A program made the position numbers and the translations under genes. This document shows, in pieces, positions 9,235 through 17,983 of a stretch of 64,000 nt of DNA (the first letter of the stretch is position 1; each line of letters opens with the position of its first letter). This stretch comes from an uncultured Gemmatimonadota bacterium. Lineage in GTDB: Bacteria; JAAXHH01. The notes below the pieces were generated by a model that saw only the letters and a program-made list of their open reading frames with translations, was not told where the DNA came from and ran no database searches. The DNA is taken from contig OX638340.1 in the NCBI GenBank assembly GCA_951812955.1, forward strand, positions 1,760,001-1,824,000. Reading direction: 5' to 3'.

Positions 9235-9966
9235 ATGAATCTTGAGAATGCCATAGCCCATCTCGACGAACACGGTTACGTCGTGCTCAGGAAGGCGTTG
9301 ACCCCGGAAAAGGCTGATGACTTGCGTAATCGCTCGGCTGAGTGTGTTGCGTCGGAAAAGGCCGATGGGGAACACGTCTACTTCGACGGACAGGCGCAGC
9401 GGGTGTGGAATCTGGTCAACAAGGGCCGTATTTTCGAGGAGATGATCCAGCTGCCCCAGGTACTTGCGCTCCACGAACACCTGCTCGGTGACGATTGCAT
9501 TCTGAGTAGTTTTACCGTCAATCTCATCGGCCCGGGCGCCCCTGCAGGCGGCCTGCACGTAGACTTTCCGCTGGGACGATTTCCGCAGCCCGCGCCGCCC
9601 TTCGCCTTCTGCTCCAACACGATATTCGTGCTCGACGACTTCACGTCCGAGAACGGAGCCACGCAGATCGTCCCGGGCAGCTACAAGCGCGGCACCCCGC
9701 CCGAACCGGAAAAGGAGTACGACGACGTCATCCAGCTGGACGCCCGCAAGGGCGACATCGTCATCATCCACGGCGCGACATGGCACAGCAGCGGCGCCAA
9801 TCGCACCGAGCAGGAACGGATGATCCTGCTGGGGTTTTTCTGCCGCTCGTTCATGAAGCCGCAACAGGATCAGTTCAGGCTGGCGAGCCCCGAGGTCGTC
9901 GAACGGGCGACACCAACCCTGAAACGATTGCTGGGATTCGAATCGCAGTCGGGATTGCGGAATTGA
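9235..9966 (+). CDS. Phytanoyl-CoA dioxygenase (PhyH) family protein
   Basis: GGLHVDFP (H-x-D), downstream His in IIHGATWHSSGAN, PhyH-like N-terminus (HGYVVLRKAL). Confidence 0.7.
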   Translation: MNLENAIAHLDEHGYVVLRKALTPEKADDLRNRSAECVASEKADGEHVYFDGQAQRVWNLVNKGRIFEEMIQLPQVLALHEHLLGDDCILSSFTVNLIGPGAPAGGLHVDFPLGRFPQPAPPFAFCSNTIFVLDDFTSENGATQIVPGSYKRGTPPEPEKEYDDVIQLDARKGDIVIIHGATWHSSGANRTEQERMILLGFFCRSFMKPQQDQFRLASPEVVERATPTLKRLLGFESQSGLRN

Positions 9967-10071
9967 GCGTAAGAGCGGAACCGAGCGGAAGAGCGTAATT
10001 GATTCTGCTATCTGCTTGTCGAATGGTTCGAAACTCAAACTTCCCCTTCATATCAGAGAGAAAGAGACCAT

Positions 10072-10830
10072 ATGGCTGACACCCCTTCCCCGGACATCGT
10101 CCCCAAGACCTACACCTGTTACCGGGCCTGCGGCCCCATCGCGATCGACGGAAAGTTGAGCGATCCGTCCTGGATCCGCGCGCCGCGCACCGACCTCTTC
10201 GTCGACATAGAGGGGGACCTCAAGCCCATTCCGCGGTTCGGCACGCGCGCCATGATGCTGTGGGACGACGAGTACTTCTACGTAGCGGCGGACATGGAGG
10301 AGCCGGACGTGTGGGGCACGCTGACCAAGCGCGATTCGGTCATCTGCAACGACAACGACTTCGAGGTCTTCATCGATCCCGACTCCGACACCAACCACTA
10401 CATGGAATTCGAGATCAACCCCCTGAATGCCGCCTGGGACCTCTACCTGCCGAAGCCCTACAGCAAGGGCGGCCAGGCGGATCACGACTGGGATTTCGTG
10501 GGTGTGCAACACGCCGTCCACATCGACGGCACCGTCAACTGTTCCCACGACGTGGACCGCGGCTGGTCCACCGAGATTGCCTTCCCCTGGACCAGCATGG
10601 CCGAATACGCCGGTGTCGACTGCCCACCGAAAACCGGGGATTCCTGGCGAGTCAACTTCTCGCGTGTCGAATGGGAATACGAACGGTATAAGGACGGCTA
10701 TCTGCGCAAAGAGGGCGTTCCGTGCGACAACTGGGTCTGGTCACCGCAAGGCGTGATCAACATGCACGTCCCCGAGATGTGGGGGCACGTCGTTTTCTCG
10801 GATACGGTGGTGGGTACGAAGGAGATGTAG
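10072..10830 (+). CDS. CBM9-like (carbohydrate-binding family 9-like / DOMON-like) domain protein
   Basis: WDDEYFYVAADMEEPDVW...DSVICNDNDFEVFIDPDSD...YMEFEINPLN matches the CBM9-like pattern (LW.D..LYVA...D... then DsVEvFiD). Confidence 0.55.
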   Translation: MADTPSPDIVPKTYTCYRACGPIAIDGKLSDPSWIRAPRTDLFVDIEGDLKPIPRFGTRAMMLWDDEYFYVAADMEEPDVWGTLTKRDSVICNDNDFEVFIDPDSDTNHYMEFEINPLNAAWDLYLPKPYSKGGQADHDWDFVGVQHAVHIDGTVNCSHDVDRGWSTEIAFPWTSMAEYAGVDCPPKTGDSWRVNFSRVEWEYERYKDGYLRKEGVPCDNWVWSPQGVINMHVPEMWGHVVFSDTVVGTKEM

Positions 10831-10836
10831 CCAGGC

Positions 10837-11283
10837 GTGAATACTTATAGCCACACCCAGTTCGGAACAGTCAACGTCGTCATCGTTATCGCCATCCTGC
10901 CGTTGGTCTTACTGCCTGCATGGCTGGCCGGAGCAGCCCCCATAGCCGGGCTGATCCTGATCCTCCTCCTGGGGATCCTAGTGCTGTTCTACAACCTGAC
11001 CGTCACAATCGATGACGCGCATCTTCGCATCCGCTTCGGGATCGGCATAATCCGCAAGAGGTTCCCCCTCGACCAGATCGACACTTGCCGACCGGTCAGA
11101 AATTCCTGGCTTTATGGGTGGGGAATCCGGCTAACGCATCGAGGCTGGCTTTACAACGTATCGGGACTGGAGGCAGTGGAACTGAAGATGAAGAGCGGTA
11201 AGACCTGTCGCATCGGGACGGACGAGCCCGCGGCACTGGCTGCCGCCATCAAGGAGAGGTTGGACAACCTGAGACCTGCGTAG
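10837..11283 (+). CDS. Hypothetical membrane protein (two N-terminal TM helices, C-terminal PH-like segment)
   Basis: GTG start; hydrophobic N-terminus VNVVIVIAILPLVLLPAWLAGAAPIAGLILILLLGILVLF. Last backbone gene before the low-GC island. Confidence 0.5.
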   Translation: MNTYSHTQFGTVNVVIVIAILPLVLLPAWLAGAAPIAGLILILLLGILVLFYNLTVTIDDAHLRIRFGIGIIRKRFPLDQIDTCRPVRNSWLYGWGIRLTHRGWLYNVSGLEAVELKMKSGKTCRIGTDEPAALAAAIKERLDNLRPA

Positions 11284-11322
11284 AAATAAGATCCTGACCA
11301 GGCGGATCCAGGGATCATCGGA

Positions 11323-11357
11323 CTTATATCTTCGGTCTTATATCTTCGGTCTTAAAT
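11323..11357. repeat. Tandem 14-bp repeat (cttatatcttcggt x2 plus partial copy) at the left edge of the low-GC island
   Basis: Read directly: cttatatcttcggt at 11323-11336 and 11337-11350, then cttaaat. Confidence 0.8.
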
Positions 11358-11395
11358 TTCTCGTCGATTTAAGAGTAAACCCGATATGCCCAGAC

Positions 11396-11566
11396 CTACT
11401 GCTTTTCTCGCAACATAGCCTTGATTTCAGACACCTCGGATTCGATGTTTTTCAAGCTGCCTTTGATTTCAGTTACAAGGGCGTTTGTTTCGGCCCACAG
11501 ATCTGGAATCTTGCCGAATACATTTGCTTGCTGACCAACCTTTTTTGATAACCAGTTCATCGGCAT
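11396..11566 (-). CDS. Small hypothetical protein (56 aa, predicted helical/coiled-coil)
   Basis: Not in the ORF track (<60 aa). ATG at 11566 preceded by an AAAGAGG RBS. Translation MPMNWLSKKVGQQANVFGKIPDLWAETNALVTEIKGSLKNIESEVSEIKAMLREKQ; stop TAG at 11396-11398. Confidence 0.35.
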   Translation of the reverse strand: MPMNWLSKKVGQQANVFGKIPDLWAETNALVTEIKGSLKNIESEVSEIKAMLREKQ

Positions 11567-11948
11567 CCTCTTTCATTTTCGAAATGTCTTAACGGGTGGC
11601 CGTGTTATTGAGTCCTTCCCATCTATCCGTCCTAACACTGCTATTTCGATACTATTGCGTTTTACAGGCCGAAGTAAAGAAGATCCTGAACTCATCTGAT
11701 GAATCAGCGGATTTCTGCCTTTGTCATTTCTGATTCTCCAGGTGTTCTTCCGTTTTCTGGTTCACTCGTTTGATCACGTAACCTTGAAATCGGTGGCGCA
11801 AATTCCGTGAATGTATAACCTCACTAGAATACAGTGGACTAGAAGCGAGATTTCTCGTGTTTTTATCAGAATTGTGAGTAAATGTTAACATTGAAAAACT
11901 AGGTTCCTTTATCTTTCTCCTCCCTTTATAACACAACTGAACGTTCGA

Positions 11949-11986
11949 GAATTACCCATACACAGGTGAATTACCCATACACAGGT
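11949..11986. repeat. Perfect 19-bp tandem direct repeat (gaattacccatacacaggt x2) ending 30 bp upstream of the hsdR ATG; candidate operator or promoter element
   Basis: Read directly: 11949-11967 and 11968-11986 are identical. Confidence 0.8.
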
Positions 11987-12015
11987 ATAGATCAAAAGCA
12001 AAACGGATATACAGC

Positions 12016-14781
12016 ATGCAGAGCGCCAACCAAACACCTGAACAGAAGGCACGAGACATCATCGACGTCAGGCTGGAACGCGCTGGCTGGAACTTACAGT
12101 CGAAGAACGAGATCGACTTCAGCGCTGGTCGCGGTATTGCCGTTCGCGAGTATCCGACAGACATAGGCCCCGCGGATTACGTCCTTTTTGTCGACAAGAA
12201 ACCAACCGGCGTGGTTGAGGCCAAACCTGCCACGCAGGGTCAAAATATCACGACTGTCGAGGAGCAGTCATCTGGTTATGCCAATGCCAACCTCAAGTGG
12301 GTAGACAACAAAGAGCCACTCCCCTTTGTCTACGAATCTACCGGCGAGCTCACGAGGTTCACCGACAGTCGCGACCCGAATCCTCGCTCACGAGAAGTGT
12401 TCAGCTTCCATCGGCCAGAGACCATGGCGAACTGGCTCAGCCAGTCCAATCCACTGCGTGAGCGGCTCCAGGGGCTGCCGGAATTGGATGTCAAAGGACT
12501 CAGGGCGTGCCAGATAAACGCCATCGAGAACCTTGAAACATCCTTCAAAAAGGACCACCCTCGCGCCCTCATTCAGATGGCTACCGGCTCCGGTAAAACC
12601 TACACAGCCATTACCTCGATCTACCGACTGCTCAAGCACGCTGACGCCAGGCGAGTCCTCTTCCTTGTAGACACCAGAAACCTCGGCGAACAGGCCGAAC
12701 AGGAATTCATGGCCTACGTGCCCGGTGACGACAACCGCAAGTTCACCGAGCTGTACAACGTCCAGCGCCTCAAATCGTCCTACGTCGCCAACGACAGCCA
12801 GGTCTGCATCAGCACGATCCAGCGTATGTATTCGATTCTGAGGGACGAGGAACTGGATGACGCTACAGAGCAAATCAACCCGGCGGAAATGGTGCAGCCC
12901 AAAAAACCAGTGCCGGTTGCCTATAACGAGAAGATCCCACCGGAGTTCTTCGACTTCATCATCATCGACGAATGCCACCGCTCGATTTACAACCTGTGGC
13001 GGCAAGTCCTCGAGTATTTTGATGCCTATCTCATCGGCCTGACTGCTACGCCGGACAACCGAACCTATGGATTCTTCCGAAAGAACGTGGTCAGTGAATA
13101 CCCACATGAGGAAGCCGTCGCCGACGGCGTAAACGTCGGCAACGAAGTCTATGTCATCGACACGGAAAGGACAAAGCACGGCGGAAGACTCAAGGCGGAG
13201 CAGCAAGTTGAAAAACGCGAGCGCCTGACGCGGCTCAAACGCTGGGAGATTCAGGACGAGGACGTCACCTACACCGCCAAGGAACTCGACCGGTCCGTCG
13301 TCAACCCCGACCAGATCCGCACCGTCATCCGCACTTTCCGTGACAAACTGCCTGAGATATTCCCGGGCCGCGCCGAAGTCCCGAAGACGCTCGTTTTTGC
13401 AAAGACCGACAGCCATGCCGACGACGTCATCCAGACCGTGCGCGAAGAATTCGGCGAAAGTAACGAGTTCTGCAAGAAGGTCACTTACAAAACCGAAGAA
13501 GACCCGAAATCCGTCCTCGCCCAGTTCCGCAACGACTACTATCCGCGCATCGCGGTAACCGTGGATATGATCGCCACGGGTACCGACGTAAAGCCGCTCG
13601 AATGCCTGCTCTTCATGCGTGACGTGAGGAGCCGTAACTATTTCGAGCAGATGAAAGGTCGTGGCACCCGCACCCTCGACCATGACGATCTCAGACAGGT
13701 CTCGCCCTCCGCCGCCAGCGGAAAGACCCACTACGTGATCGTGGACACCGTAGGGGTCACGAAATCGCTCAAGACCGCCAGCCAGCCGCTCGTCACCAAG
13801 CCCTCCGTGCCACTCAGGGACCTCCTCATGGGGGTGATGATGGGCGCATGCGATGAAGACACGGTGAGTTCGCTCGCCGGGCGCCTCGCGCGGCTTGATC
13901 AACAACTCGATTCCGCCGATAAAGAGCGGATCAAGAAGCAAGCCGGCGGTATCGAACTCACTCAAATCGTTGGCGATCTACTTGCCGCCATCGACCCTGA
14001 TCGCATTCAGGAAAAGGCGCATGGAATCGAACCCGTGCCCGACGGTGTTGAACCACCACCTGCCGTTTGCGAGAAGGCCCGGGAGCAGCTGGTCCATGAC
14101 GCAGCCGACGTGTTCAACGGCGAACTGGTCGAATTGATCGACTCGATACGTCGCGACAAGGATCAGACGATCGACCATGACAGCTTGGACAAGGTAACCC
14201 GCGCCGAATGGGAAGGCGACACGCGCGAGAACGCCGAAGCCATAGCGCAGGACTTCCGGCAGTATCTCGAAGCGAATCGCGATGAGATCGAAGCGCTGAC
14301 CATCTTCTTCGCCCAACCGCACCGTCGCCGGGAGTTGACGTACGCCATGATTCGTGAAGTCTTCGATAGACTGAAGAGCGACCAGCCTCGACTGGTCCCA
14401 TTACGGGTCTGGCAGGCCTATGTTCTGCTCGACGAATACAAAGGCGGTCAGCCAATCAGCGAACTGACTGCGCTTGTAGCGTTGATTCGCCGTGCCTGTG
14501 GCATCGATGGAAAGCTTTCGCCCTATTCGGAAACCGTGCGCCGGAATTTCCGGGACTGGATCATGAAGCGACACAGCGGTAGCGGAGAGAAGTTCAACGA
14601 CGAGCAGATGGACTGGCTGCGAATGATCCGCGAACACATCATCACTTCGTTTCATCTTGAACGCGATGATCTGGATTTAGCACCATTCGATAGCAGGGGT
14701 GGAATGGGGCAGATGTACAAGCTCTTCGGTGACCAGATGGATGAATTGATTGGCGAGTTGAATGAGATACTGGCGGCGTAA
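12016..14781 (+). CDS. hsdR: Type I restriction enzyme R subunit (HsdR)
   Basis: 921 aa. N-terminal PD-(D/E)xK nuclease (ADYVLF...VVEAKP), helicase motif I MATGSGKTYTA, motif II FIIIDECHRS, typical HsdR length. Confidence 0.9.
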   Translation: MQSANQTPEQKARDIIDVRLERAGWNLQSKNEIDFSAGRGIAVREYPTDIGPADYVLFVDKKPTGVVEAKPATQGQNITTVEEQSSGYANANLKWVDNKEPLPFVYESTGELTRFTDSRDPNPRSREVFSFHRPETMANWLSQSNPLRERLQGLPELDVKGLRACQINAIENLETSFKKDHPRALIQMATGSGKTYTAITSIYRLLKHADARRVLFLVDTRNLGEQAEQEFMAYVPGDDNRKFTELYNVQRLKSSYVANDSQVCISTIQRMYSILRDEELDDATEQINPAEMVQPKKPVPVAYNEKIPPEFFDFIIIDECHRSIYNLWRQVLEYFDAYLIGLTATPDNRTYGFFRKNVVSEYPHEEAVADGVNVGNEVYVIDTERTKHGGRLKAEQQVEKRERLTRLKRWEIQDEDVTYTAKELDRSVVNPDQIRTVIRTFRDKLPEIFPGRAEVPKTLVFAKTDSHADDVIQTVREEFGESNEFCKKVTYKTEEDPKSVLAQFRNDYYPRIAVTVDMIATGTDVKPLECLLFMRDVRSRNYFEQMKGRGTRTLDHDDLRQVSPSAASGKTHYVIVDTVGVTKSLKTASQPLVTKPSVPLRDLLMGVMMGACDEDTVSSLAGRLARLDQQLDSADKERIKKQAGGIELTQIVGDLLAAIDPDRIQEKAHGIEPVPDGVEPPPAVCEKAREQLVHDAADVFNGELVELIDSIRRDKDQTIDHDSLDKVTRAEWEGDTRENAEAIAQDFRQYLEANRDEIEALTIFFAQPHRRRELTYAMIREVFDRLKSDQPRLVPLRVWQAYVLLDEYKGGQPISELTALVALIRRACGIDGKLSPYSETVRRNFRDWIMKRHSGSGEKFNDEQMDWLRMIREHIITSFHLERDDLDLAPFDSRGGMGQMYKLFGDQMDELIGELNEILAA

Positions 14782-14928
14782 GTCGGTCTTTTGCCAGGCT
14801 TCTTACTGCTGCTCCCTTCTGCCGCACTACTTTACATATTGACCATTATCTTTACATCATGTAGTTTTTCTTGGTATATTATAGCAAGTAAAGAAATTCA
14901 ATAATACTCCAACAATTGATCTGCATCA

Positions 14929-15177
14929 TTGGAGCGTATCGTGCCCAAAGTCAGCGCCAAGCGACAGATAACGCTTCCGGCTGATCAGTGCCGTCTGGTC
15001 GGTATCGAGCCAGGCGACGAGTGCCAGAGTTTCGTGGCCGATGGCCGCATTACCATAGTCCGCCAGGAGCCCGGCAGCGCCTGGGGATGTCTGTCGCATC
15101 TCGAAGGGGATCAGACGGTTTCAGACGAGGAGTCGCGCCAGAACGCCATGGAGAGAAAGCGGGACCAAACGCCTTGA
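14929..15177 (+). CDS. vapB: AbrB/SpoVT-family antitoxin (VapB-like)
   Basis: SAKRQITLPADQCRLVGIEPGDE swapped-hairpin motif. Start more likely GTG at 14941 (GGAGCG RBS) than TTG at 14929. Stop overlaps the PIN gene start (TTGA). Confidence 0.65.
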   Translation: MERIVPKVSAKRQITLPADQCRLVGIEPGDECQSFVADGRITIVRQEPGSAWGCLSHLEGDQTVSDEESRQNAMERKRDQTP

Positions 15178-15575
15178 TCGCAATCGACACCAATGTCCTG
15201 CTGCGCTATCTCCTGAAAGATGATGAGGCGCAGGCTGAACGGGCGCGTAGCGTTATCGAGTGCGGCGAGCGCGTGCTCATTACGGACGTGGTACTGGCGG
15301 AAACGGTATGGACGTTAGCCGGCCGCAGATATCGCGCGAGCCGGACCGATCTGATCGATCTGGTCAACAAACTGCTGCAAGATGCCAACCTGTGCTTTGA
15401 GGATGACGAAGTGGTCTGGAGCGCCCTGCAGGCCTTTCGCAGGACGGAGGCGGACTTCGCCGACGCCCTGATCGTGTGCAAGGCCAGAAAGACGGTCCCC
15501 GCCGGCGACGAGTTGAGCGCGGTTTACACCTTCGATGATACCGCCTTGCAGTTGCCCGGTACCGCAGAGCCGTAG
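15174..15575 (+). CDS. vapC: PIN-domain toxin (VapC-like)
   Basis: TTG start overlapping the vapB stop. LIAIDTNVLLRYLL (first acidic residue of the PIN fold), later TDVVLAE, ~133 aa. Confidence 0.7.
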   Translation: MIAIDTNVLLRYLLKDDEAQAERARSVIECGERVLITDVVLAETVWTLAGRRYRASRTDLIDLVNKLLQDANLCFEDDEVVWSALQAFRRTEADFADALIVCKARKTVPAGDELSAVYTFDDTALQLPGTAEP

Positions 15576-15689
15576 CGCGTGTCTGGTGTATCGGCGCACG
15601 GGAAGTATGCCGGTATCTTTGTGAGTAGATGGATGAAGTTACTGATGAGTTGAATGAGGCGTTGGTGGCGTCTTTGACGGACTGATTTT

Positions 15690-17231
15690 GTGAATACTAT
15701 GATTCCAAATGGATGGGCCCATACATCGCTTGAAGCGGTGTGTCAGGTTCTCGATTCTAAGCGTATACCGTTAAATAACAGCGAACGTTCTCGACGTATC
15801 GCTGGTAAGTCCGCTGATGATCTTTACCCCTACTACGGCGCTACAGGTCAAGTCGGTGTAATTGACGATTTTATCTTTGATGGAGAACATGTTTTATTGG
15901 GCGAAGACGGTGCCCCATTTAATGATCCTTTCAAGGTAAAATCTTATCTGGTAGATGGGAAATTCTGGGTCAACAATCATGCTCATATTCTCAAATCAGC
16001 TATCCCAAACAGATATCTATGCCACTATCTCAATCAGATTGACTATTCTGGCTATGTAACAGGAACGACAAGACTGAAGCTTACTCAGACCGCATTAAAG
16101 CGAATTCCTGTTCTTGTTGCTCCCAAAGCCGAACAACACCGCATCGTCGCCAAAATCGAGGAACTGTTTTCCAAACTGGACAAGGGCATTGAGAGCCTGA
16201 AGGCGGCGAGGGCAAAGCTCGATGTCTATCGTCAGGCCGTGCTCAAGCACGCCTTCGAAGGCAAGCTCACGGCCCAGTGGCGCGAAGAGAACAAGGACAA
16301 GCTTGAGACACCCGAGCAATTACTCTCACGCATCAAAAAAGAGCGGGAAGCACGTTATAATAGGCAACTGCAGGAGTGGAAGGACGCCGTCAAGAAATGG
16401 GTGGAAGGCGGTAAGTCAGGAAAGAAGCCGACGAAACCTCCGAAGTTGGAGGAAATACCACACTTATCGATAACCGAAACAGTAACTCTTCCACCCCTCC
16501 CCGCTAATTGGGCTTATTTACACTTGGGGCTTGTGATCGACGAGCCCAAGTACGGTAGTTCGAAGAAATGTAACTACGACTACAAAGGCACAGGGGTTTT
16601 GAGAATACCTAATATCGTCCGAGGTGCAGTCGACACGTCCGATCTCAAAGGGACTCACTTCGAAGAGGACGAGAAACGCGCCTACGGTTTGAGGAGTGGT
16701 GAAATTCTCGTGATCCGATCAAACGGAAGTATCTCCGTAGTAGGTAGGTGCGCTCTAATCTCAAAAGCAGAAGAGCAGTATCTGTACGCTGGTTACCTTA
16801 TCCGCCTACGTAGTAACTTGACCGCGTTGCATCCCGAGTACCTTGTAGCTCTACTGTCAAGCCATCTGTTACGAACTCAAATCGAGCACAAAGCAAAATC
16901 GACTAGCGGTGTCAACAACATAAATTCGGGTGAAATCCAATCGCTCATCGTCCCTTTGTGCAGTCTCAGTGAGCAGGAAATAGTAGTCGAACGACTGTCT
17001 GCAAGTCTATCCTCGATTGACGCTATCAAGGGTGAGATCGACAATCAGCTACTACAAACCGAAGCCCTGCACCAATCCATCCTCAAGAAAGCATTCTCGG
17101 GCCAGCTCGTCCCGCAAGACCCGAATGACGAGCCCGCGTCAATTCTGCTTGAGCGCATCAATGGCGTAAAAGCTGCACTATCTCAAAACAACACACAGAG
17201 AAGACGTAGACACGAGAAGGCAACGGCATGA
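15690..17231 (+). CDS. hsdS: Type I restriction-modification specificity subunit (HsdS), two target-recognition domains
   Basis: Two variable TRDs separated by conserved helical spacers (PKAEQHRIVAKIEELFSKLD and SLSEQEIVVERLSASLSSID) and C-terminal AFSGQL. Lower GC within the TRDs. Confidence 0.9.
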   Translation: MNTMIPNGWAHTSLEAVCQVLDSKRIPLNNSERSRRIAGKSADDLYPYYGATGQVGVIDDFIFDGEHVLLGEDGAPFNDPFKVKSYLVDGKFWVNNHAHILKSAIPNRYLCHYLNQIDYSGYVTGTTRLKLTQTALKRIPVLVAPKAEQHRIVAKIEELFSKLDKGIESLKAARAKLDVYRQAVLKHAFEGKLTAQWREENKDKLETPEQLLSRIKKEREARYNRQLQEWKDAVKKWVEGGKSGKKPTKPPKLEEIPHLSITETVTLPPLPANWAYLHLGLVIDEPKYGSSKKCNYDYKGTGVLRIPNIVRGAVDTSDLKGTHFEEDEKRAYGLRSGEILVIRSNGSISVVGRCALISKAEEQYLYAGYLIRLRSNLTALHPEYLVALLSSHLLRTQIEHKAKSTSGVNNINSGEIQSLIVPLCSLSEQEIVVERLSASLSSIDAIKGEIDNQLLQTEALHQSILKKAFSGQLVPQDPNDEPASILLERINGVKAALSQNNTQRRRRHEKATA

Positions 17232-17983
17232 CCGGCAAACTTGCCATCAACATCGATAACCTGCTGCGCCAGCGTGCCATCGAAGAGGCGCTGGTGAACG
17301 CCATCGACCATCGCTCATACGAGGAGCGGGAGCCGGTTGAAGTTCGGATCACCCGCGATGAGTTGCTGGTCCTGAGTTATCCCGGGGCGGACCGCTCCAT
17401 CCGTATGGACGACTTCAAGCAGGGGCAGGCCGTGAGCAGGCGCTACCGGAACCGGCGAATTGGTGAGTTTCTGAAGGAACTCGACCTCGCCGAGGCCTGC
17501 TCAACCGGGGTGCCGAAGATTTTCACGGCCATGCAGCAGAACGGCTCACCGGAACCCATCTTCGAAAGCGACGAGAACCGGACCTGGTTTCGCGTGCGCC
17601 TGCCGGTGCATGAACGGGCATTACTTGCCACGACCGACCAGGATACCATACATGATACCCAACATGATAACTCATTGATAAATAAAAGGAAAAGTCACGG
17701 TACCCAACACGGTACCCAACATGATACCCAACATGATATCGACCAAGTCGAGCAACTGGTGGCTGTGCTCACTGGAGAGATGAGCCGAGCTAGTATCCAG
17801 GCAGGATTGGAACTCAAAGATCGGCCCCATTTCATCGAATCGTATCTAAAGCCTGCCCTGGAGGCCAAGTTGATTGAAATGACCCTCCCGGACAAACCCA
17901 CCAGTCGCCACCAGCGCTATCGCCTAACTGCCGCTGGAAAGGCTTTAGCTGAGCAAATCAAACGAGAGAACACCGCCAAATGA
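17228..17983 (+). CDS. HATPase_c_4 (RecG-like C-terminal / Schlafen-like ATPase core) plus C-terminal winged-HTH protein, lacking the usual N-terminal AlbA_2 domain
   Basis: VNAIDHRSYEEREPVEVRITRDELLVLSYPGA...SRRYRNRRIGEFLKELDLAEACSTGVPKIFTAMQQNGSPEPIFESDENRTWFRVRLP matches the HATPase_c_4 pattern. 4-bp overlap with hsdS stop and hsdM start. Internal TQHD low-complexity repeats (17641-17738). Confidence 0.6.
   Translation: MTGKLAINIDNLLRQRAIEEALVNAIDHRSYEEREPVEVRITRDELLVLSYPGADRSIRMDDFKQGQAVSRRYRNRRIGEFLKELDLAEACSTGVPKIFTAMQQNGSPEPIFESDENRTWFRVRLPVHERALLATTDQDTIHDTQHDNSLINKRKSHGTQHGTQHDTQHDIDQVEQLVAVLTGEMSRASIQAGLELKDRPHFIESYLKPALEAKLIEMTLPDKPTSRHQRYRLTAAGKALAEQIKRENTAK

Noticed and set aside
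11724-12164. Short ORFs (70, 70 and 66 aa) in the AT-rich leader upstream of hsdR
   Set aside because: No RBS, they overlap each other on both strands, the translations are low-complexity, and the region reads better as a promoter/leader containing the 19-bp tandem repeat.
12388-13965. 525-aa minus-strand ORF within hsdR
   Set aside because: Entirely antisense to hsdR, whose helicase and nuclease motifs are unambiguous. No independent support.
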